Of a stretch of DNA of 62,112 nt, positions 56,688 to 62,112 are shown in pieces. Under the pieces are notes generated by a model that was not told where the DNA came from, ran no database searches, and was given only the letters and a program-made list of their open reading frames with translations. Origin of the DNA: Candidatus Omnitrophota bacterium (GTDB lineage Bacteria; Omnitrophota; Gorgyraeia; Duberdicusellales; 4484-171); contig JAIPGM010000010.1 in assembly GCA_021735655.1 (NCBI GenBank), positions 1 to 62,112 on the forward strand, given 5' to 3'. How positions within the stretch are numbered: position 1 is the first letter of the stretch; each line of letters opens with the position of its first letter. The position numbers and the translations under genes were made by a program.

Positions 56688-59483
56688 ATGAATGAATATA
56701 TAGTTATAAAGGGTGCCCGAGAGCATAACCTTAAAAATATTAACTTACGGATACCTAAAAATAAGTTAGTCGTTGTGACTGGACTTTCTGGTTCTGGCAA
56801 GTCTTCATTAGCTTTTGATACTATTCATGCTGAAGGTCAGCGGCGTTATGTGGAAAGTTTATCGAGTTATGCTCGTCAGTTTCTTGAGCAACTTCAGAAG
56901 CCCGATGTTGAACATGTCGAAGGCTTATCTCCGTCAATTGCTATTGAACAAAGGACGGCCGGAGGATCACCGCGTTCAATCGTAGCTACCCAGACTGAAA
57001 TTTATGATTATTTAAGATTACTTTTTGCCCGAATCGGTAAGCCACATTGTTATAAATGTTCCCGAGTGATTACCCAACAAACTTCTCAGGAAATAATCGA
57101 AAAAATCATTTCTTTACCGAAGAATCATAAAGTTTTTATTCTTTCGCCGGTGGTCAGGGGTAAGAAGGGCAGTCATCATAATCTTTTTAGCCGTTTGTTA
57201 AAGGAGGGTTTTGCCAGGATACGCCTTGATCGAAATATCTATGAGCTAAGCGATAAGATAGTAGTTAATAAACATAAGTTGCACAACGTTGAGATCGTTG
57301 TGGATAGAGTTTTAATATCGGAAAAGTATAAAAAGCGAATTGCCGATTCAGTGGAAGTGGCTCTTAAATATTCCGGCGGCTATTTATTAGTTTACAATGA
57401 GACGACTAAACAGGAGATTTTTTTTAATAGTAAGTTAAGTTGTGTTCATTGCGGAATTTCTTTGCCAGAAATGGAACCACGAATGTTTTCATTTAACTCA
57501 CCTTACGGAGCTTGCCCAACCTGTAATGGTTTGGGTATAAAATTAGAGTTTGATCCTGATTTTATAATTCCCGATAAAACAAAAACTTTAAGGAACGGAG
57601 CGATTGAGGCTTGGCGTCGGGGAGGTAAGGGCTACATCATGTATTATCGGGCCCTTTTGGGGGCTTTATCCCGGGAAGCCGGATTTTCACTCGACAAACC
57701 ATATGAAAATTTACCCCAGGCGACACAAAATTTAATTCTTTATGGCAATCAAAACGTTTATGTTTGGGATAAGCCCTTTGAGGGGGTTATCCCTCATTTA
57801 GTAAGGATTTTTAAAACTACTGATAGTGAATACCGCAAGGCCGAGATTACTCAGTATATGTCTAAGCTACCTTGTCCCAGTTGTTTAGGCAAGCGTTTGC
57901 GCAAGGAGTCACTTTCGGTTTATTTAGGGGGTAAGACAATTTGGGATATAGTTGAGATGACCATTGCTGAGTGTGAGATTTTTTTTAAAAAAATTAAGTT
58001 AACTGCCCAAGAAGTGGCGATAGCTAACTACATAGTTAAGGAAATAAACAAACGCTTGCTTTTTTGTTGCAATGTCGGTCTAGTCTACCTTTCTCTGGAC
58101 CGATTGAGTTCTACTCTTTCTGGTGGTGAGGCTCAGAGGATACGTTTGGCCACTCAGGTCGGCTCAGCGCTTTCAGGAGTTATTTACATACTTGATGAAC
58201 CGACAATTGGGCTGCATTCTCGAGATGATAAACTTTTGATCGGGACGCTTAAAAGTTTAAAGCAATTGGGCAATACGGTTATCGTTGTCGAGCATGATGA
58301 ACAGATGATTGCAGCAAGTGATTGGGTTATTGATCTTGGTCCGGGTGCTGGAGTCAAAGGCGGAAAAGTAGTCTATTCTGGGCCAAAAAGTGAACTTACC
58401 TTGAGTAATACCTTAACTGCTCGTTATCTCACAGGTAAAGAGGTGATTAGTCTCCCATTGAGTAGGCGACAATATAAAAATAGGCCAACCTTAAACATAA
58501 AAGGTGCCGAGGAACATAATTTAAAAAATATAAATGTAACCGTTCCCTTAGAAACATTTATTTGTGTTACCGGAGTCTCTGGTTCTGGAAAATCGACTTT
58601 GGTTGAGGATATTATTTACAAAGCTTTAACCCGACATCTTTATGATTCGCGGGCTAAGCCGGGAAAATTCAAGAAAATTATTGGCTTAGAGAATGTCGAT
58701 AAGGTTATCATCGTTGATCAGTCGCCAATTGGCAGGACTCCGCGTTCAAACCCGGCTACCTATGCCGGGGTCTATACTTATATTCGTGAGTTTTTCAGCA
58801 AGCTTCCCGAGGCAAAGATGAGGGGGTATAAGCTTTCTCGATTTAGCTTTAATGTTTCTGGTGGTCGCTGTGAGGCTTGCCGGGGAGAAGGAATAAAAAG
58901 AATCGAGATGCACTTTTTACCAAATGTTTATGTACCTTGCGAGGTTTGTGAAGGAAAACGTTTTAATACTCAGACTTTAGATGTGGCCTATAAAGGTAAA
59001 AATATATCGAATGTCTTGGAGATGAGTGTCGATGAGGCCTATGAACTTTTTTTTAATCTTCCACGGATCCGTAATATTTTACAAACTTTAAAAGATGTAG
59101 GTTTAGGCTATATTACCTTGGGTCAATCTGCCACCACACTTTCGGGAGGAGAGGCTCAAAGGATTAAGCTCGCCGCGCAACTAAGAAAAAAAGCAACCGG
59201 GAAAACCATATATATCCTTGATGAACCGACGACGGGCTTACATTTCGATGATGTCAAAAAGCTGCTTTCAGTATTGCAGCGTTTGGCTGATAAGAAAAAT
59301 ACAATTTTAATTATCGAACATAACTTGGATGTGGTAAAATGTGCTGATTATATTATTGATTTAGGGCCCCAGGGTGGAGAGTCCGGTGGGAATATAGTTG
59401 CTGTCGGTACACCGGAAGAAATAGCAGCTTGTAAAGCTTCCTATACCGGAAAGTTTTTAAAAGCTAAGTTATCTCTTAAATAG
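56688..59483 (+). CDS. uvrA: Excinuclease ABC subunit A
   Basis: Two ABC ATPase halves with zinc-finger insertions (CVHCG, CPTCNG, CEAC..C); 931 aa. Confidence 0.95.
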   Translation: MNEYIVIKGAREHNLKNINLRIPKNKLVVVTGLSGSGKSSLAFDTIHAEGQRRYVESLSSYARQFLEQLQKPDVEHVEGLSPSIAIEQRTAGGSPRSIVATQTEIYDYLRLLFARIGKPHCYKCSRVITQQTSQEIIEKIISLPKNHKVFILSPVVRGKKGSHHNLFSRLLKEGFARIRLDRNIYELSDKIVVNKHKLHNVEIVVDRVLISEKYKKRIADSVEVALKYSGGYLLVYNETTKQEIFFNSKLSCVHCGISLPEMEPRMFSFNSPYGACPTCNGLGIKLEFDPDFIIPDKTKTLRNGAIEAWRRGGKGYIMYYRALLGALSREAGFSLDKPYENLPQATQNLILYGNQNVYVWDKPFEGVIPHLVRIFKTTDSEYRKAEITQYMSKLPCPSCLGKRLRKESLSVYLGGKTIWDIVEMTIAECEIFFKKIKLTAQEVAIANYIVKEINKRLLFCCNVGLVYLSLDRLSSTLSGGEAQRIRLATQVGSALSGVIYILDEPTIGLHSRDDKLLIGTLKSLKQLGNTVIVVEHDEQMIAASDWVIDLGPGAGVKGGKVVYSGPKSELTLSNTLTARYLTGKEVISLPLSRRQYKNRPTLNIKGAEEHNLKNINVTVPLETFICVTGVSGSGKSTLVEDIIYKALTRHLYDSRAKPGKFKKIIGLENVDKVIIVDQSPIGRTPRSNPATYAGVYTYIREFFSKLPEAKMRGYKLSRFSFNVSGGRCEACRGEGIKRIEMHFLPNVYVPCEVCEGKRFNTQTLDVAYKGKNISNVLEMSVDEAYELFFNLPRIRNILQTLKDVGLGYITLGQSATTLSGGEAQRIKLAAQLRKKATGKTIYILDEPTTGLHFDDVKKLLSVLQRLADKKNTILIIEHNLDVVKCADYIIDLGPQGGESGGNIVAVGTPEEIAACKASYTGKFLKAKLSLK

Positions 59484-59512
59484 ATAGTCTGATCGATTCG
59501 ATTAAGAGTCAA

Positions 59513-61978
59513 ATGCTAAACAGTGTTTACAAATTAAAACGTTTTTTATTGGGGATTTTTATTATCGGTCTAACTTTGTCTTCATTATTGATGGAGGTGA
59601 GTTTAGCCAAAGAGATTGAGGGTGAGCAATTTCGTACGGCGGCTAAGGCTTTTTCTGATCAATTCTACGATGCTTCACTTTCTTTATTTGAGAGATTCAT
59701 TGGAGACTTTCCTGAAAGCCCCCTAACTATTAAAGCAAAACTATATCTAGCTAAGTGTCACTATTATAAGCAAGATTATCGAAAAGCTCTGAAGATTCTT
59801 TCTGATATCGAAACTGAGGTGAAGTCTGATGGTATTTCTGACGAGTTATTTTATTGGCTGGGTGTTATTAACTTCAAGGGAAGGGACTTTGATAAGGCGG
59901 TTAACTACACCAAAAGAGTTGTTGATAACTATCCGGACTCAGAGTTTAGGTGGCCGAGTTATTATTTATTAGGTCAGAGTTTTCAAGAAGGCGAAAACCC
60001 TAAGGCTGCAAAAAAGGTTTTTTCGGATATTGTTGAAAAGGCTACAGATAGCGAAATTGTTCAGGATGCTTACTTGCAGCTGTTTCCGATTTATCTAAAA
60101 GAGAAAAATCACTCTCAACTTATAGCCTTAGGAAGAGAATATTTTGAGAAATTTAGCCGGAGCCAAGAAATTGCAAAGGTTTATTTTTATCTTGCAGAAA
60201 ACTACTATACTCAAGCTGAGTGGGATAAAGCTGAGGACTACTATCAGAGAGGATTGCGTGGTCATCCCGACCCAGAGCTTTTAGATTTAATTTATCAACG
60301 ACTAGGGTTTACTTATATCGAGAAGGATAATAGTTTTGAAGCTAAGATTTCTATTGATCGAATAAAAGATAAAGAGTTGCGACTTTTTTCTCAAGGGGCT
60401 TATTACTTTAGGTCAAAAGATTTCATCCAAGCCTTAGAAACTTTTAACATGTTTATTCGTGACTATCCCCAGGGCGCACATATCCAAGAAGTTTATCTAA
60501 ATAAGGCAGATGTTCTCTATGAGCTGGGAAGGTTAAATGATGCAGTCTATACATACAGATATATTTTGAATAATTCATCGAGATCAGATAACCTTGAGGT
60601 TATTAACAAGGCTCATTATGGTTTGGCTTGGAGCTATCTAAAGAGTGGTAAATTTAAAAAAGCAATTGAGGAGTTTAAGGATACTTTAGAATATGCTTCT
60701 AATCCAGTAGTTAAGGCAAGTTCACAAATTCATATTGCTGATGCTTACCAAGAAATGGGTAAATATGTAGAAGCTTTAAACATTTATAATGATATTTTAA
60801 CAAATTACCCGAATACAATATACGCTGATTACATACAGTTCCAAATCGGCCTCACTTTTTTAAAAAAGAAAGACTTAGAAAAGGCCTTCATGGCTTTGAA
60901 TAATCTTAAAAATAATTTTTCTTCGTCAAAACTTGTTCCGCAAGCCCAATACTATTTAGCTGTAGGATATTTTTCTCAAGAAGATTATTTTGAAGCTAAA
61001 AGTCTCCTCGAAGACTTTATTGACAAGTTTCCCAATGACGATCTTATCGCCAAGGCGTACTATCTTCAGGGTAAATGCTTTTTTAATGAAAAGGATTATC
61101 AAAGGGCTTTAAGGATATTTAAAGAAGTAGTAGCTAAATTCCACGATCGTGACATAGAGGAACTTAGCTATGTTGACTTGGGTATAACCTATTTACATCT
61201 ATCTTTGAATGAAGCGGCCAAGAAAACATGGGTTCAGTTTTTAAAAAAATACCCCCAGTCAGAGCATCGAGCTTCAGTAATTCTATATTTAGGGGGTCTT
61301 TATGAAAAAGAAAGTAATTTTATTGAGGCCGAAAAGAAATATCGTCAGGTGTTGCGTGATTATCAGGACTCTTCTTGGGGGCAGGAAGCCAGGCTTGCCC
61401 TAGGCCATCTTTATTGGAACCGAGACGATTTGGAAACGGCTGAGGAGCATTTCAAAGCTTTAGCTAAGGAAAATGTTCCAGCAGCTTTAAAATCTAAGTT
61501 GTACCTAGCTAAAGTTTATAGCCAAGGCCAAAAGCATGAGGAGGCTTTAGCTATCTACGAGGAGCTGATTGATTCTAAGTCTCCGATAACAAAAATTGCT
61601 TTCTTTGAGAAAGCTTTTCTTCTTAAGGAGATGAAGCTTTACTCTGAGGCAATAGTGATGTTTAACCAAGCAATTGTTTTGGATGTTGACAGCCCAGAGC
61701 TGCGTTTTTCTTTAGGAATTTGTTTAGAGAAGACCGGAAAATTAAAAGATGCAGTTGAACAATATCTCAAGGTAATTTATAATTTTCCTGAAGATAATGA
61801 TGCGGCTGCTGACCCACAGGATAAAGGCTATAGGGTTAAATCGTTTTTTAGGGTTGCCAGAATTTACGAAAGAGATAACAATCTTGAAGAGGCTAAGAAG
61901 GTTTACCAAAAAATAATTGACCTAGGCATTGAAGAGTCAAAAATTGCTCAGGTCCGGTTAGAAGCACTAAAAAATTAA
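59513..61978 (+). CDS. Large secreted TPR-repeat protein
   Basis: Signal peptide, then about 20 TPR-like repeats across 821 aa. Its stop codon lies inside the right terminal inverted repeat. Confidence 0.7.
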   Translation: MLNSVYKLKRFLLGIFIIGLTLSSLLMEVSLAKEIEGEQFRTAAKAFSDQFYDASLSLFERFIGDFPESPLTIKAKLYLAKCHYYKQDYRKALKILSDIETEVKSDGISDELFYWLGVINFKGRDFDKAVNYTKRVVDNYPDSEFRWPSYYLLGQSFQEGENPKAAKKVFSDIVEKATDSEIVQDAYLQLFPIYLKEKNHSQLIALGREYFEKFSRSQEIAKVYFYLAENYYTQAEWDKAEDYYQRGLRGHPDPELLDLIYQRLGFTYIEKDNSFEAKISIDRIKDKELRLFSQGAYYFRSKDFIQALETFNMFIRDYPQGAHIQEVYLNKADVLYELGRLNDAVYTYRYILNNSSRSDNLEVINKAHYGLAWSYLKSGKFKKAIEEFKDTLEYASNPVVKASSQIHIADAYQEMGKYVEALNIYNDILTNYPNTIYADYIQFQIGLTFLKKKDLEKAFMALNNLKNNFSSSKLVPQAQYYLAVGYFSQEDYFEAKSLLEDFIDKFPNDDLIAKAYYLQGKCFFNEKDYQRALRIFKEVVAKFHDRDIEELSYVDLGITYLHLSLNEAAKKTWVQFLKKYPQSEHRASVILYLGGLYEKESNFIEAEKKYRQVLRDYQDSSWGQEARLALGHLYWNRDDLETAEEHFKALAKENVPAALKSKLYLAKVYSQGQKHEEALAIYEELIDSKSPITKIAFFEKAFLLKEMKLYSEAIVMFNQAIVLDVDSPELRFSLGICLEKTGKLKDAVEQYLKVIYNFPEDNDAAADPQDKGYRVKSFFRVARIYERDNNLEEAKKVYQKIIDLGIEESKIAQVRLEALKN

Positions 61979-62111
61979 AGGAGATGATACGATAATTGTT
62001 CAATGATAGTTGGTGAAAACTCTGGATTATCAGTAGAATAAATAGATAGTCACAGAGTAGATAGGTTATAGGTTGTATTGTTTTTCTGGGGCTTAATTGA
62101 CCCCGTAAAGG
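61974..62111. repeat. Right copy of the 138 bp terminal inverted repeat (reverse complement of 1..138)
   Basis: Direct comparison shows a perfect match over 138 bp. The inner end overlaps the last 5 nt of the TPR gene. Confidence 0.9.
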
Positions 62112-62112
62112 A

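Overview
This is a 62.1 kb, low-GC (about 38-40% by eye), gene-dense window from a diderm, LPS-producing bacterium with a streamlined genome. About 57 of 64 genes lie on the + strand, and many neighbours overlap by 4 bp. The content is almost entirely chromosomal housekeeping and contains no recognisable defence system.

Genes recognised from their proteins, in order:
- carB, then a DUF1846/UPF0371-like protein, then a PurF-family amidophosphoribosyltransferase that starts MSGIFG (Ser where the catalytic Cys should be) and carries a C-terminal Cys-rich tail.
- A long-form hisG, a TPR protein, a split transketolase (separate N- and C-terminal subunits), ispE, a SpoVG homolog with a C-terminal zinc-ribbon extension, and tRNA-Gln(UUG).
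- glmU-prs-rplY(ctc)-pth, which together with ispE-spoVG reproduces the Bacillus-type ispE...spoVG-glmU-prs-ctc-pth order.
- rpsF-ssb-rpsR-rplI-dnaB.
- An outer-membrane/lipid A block: bamA-skp-lpxD-(lpxC-fabZ fusion)-lpxA-lpxI, followed by a TPR+SpoIID-domain protein where lpxB would be expected.
- An accessory-looking island (29.6-36.5 kb) with four radical-SAM enzymes: a bona fide spore-photoproduct-lyase (SplB) homolog with an N-terminal extension, a COG1533-type enzyme, a B12-binding class B enzyme, and HemW. It also holds a GT2 glycosyltransferase, a tandem zf-TFIIB zinc-ribbon protein and small secreted or membrane proteins.
- A heptose/KDO/Lpt block: hldA-like kinase, kdsB-kdsA-kdsD-kdsC, an LptC/A-like protein, lptB.
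- A PPIase-less trigger factor, clpP, purA, an H+-PPase, a CxxCxxCC (YkgJ-like) protein, a GH5 hydrolase, an rpe-like gene, a YibQ deacetylase, queH, a TIGR01212 radical-SAM enzyme, dtd, lgt, nadE, folK, panC, nadX, uvrA and a large TPR protein.

Sequence-level observations:
- The window ends are a perfect 138 bp inverted repeat (1..138 = reverse complement of 61974..62111).
- Immediately inside the left repeat sits a cluster of four palindromes built on TTGACA/TGTCAA half-sites, upstream of a near-consensus promoter.
- There are near-consensus sigma70-type promoters upstream of hisG and upstream of a leaderless Cys-rich ORF.
- An anti-Shine-Dalgarno hairpin sits in front of an unlisted 59-codon ORF.
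- A 19 bp perfect hairpin plus a GC-rich structured spacer follow the purF-like gene.
- An unlisted 29-codon, extremely basic ORF lies downstream of hisG.

All functional calls come from motif and family recognition by eye; no database search was run.
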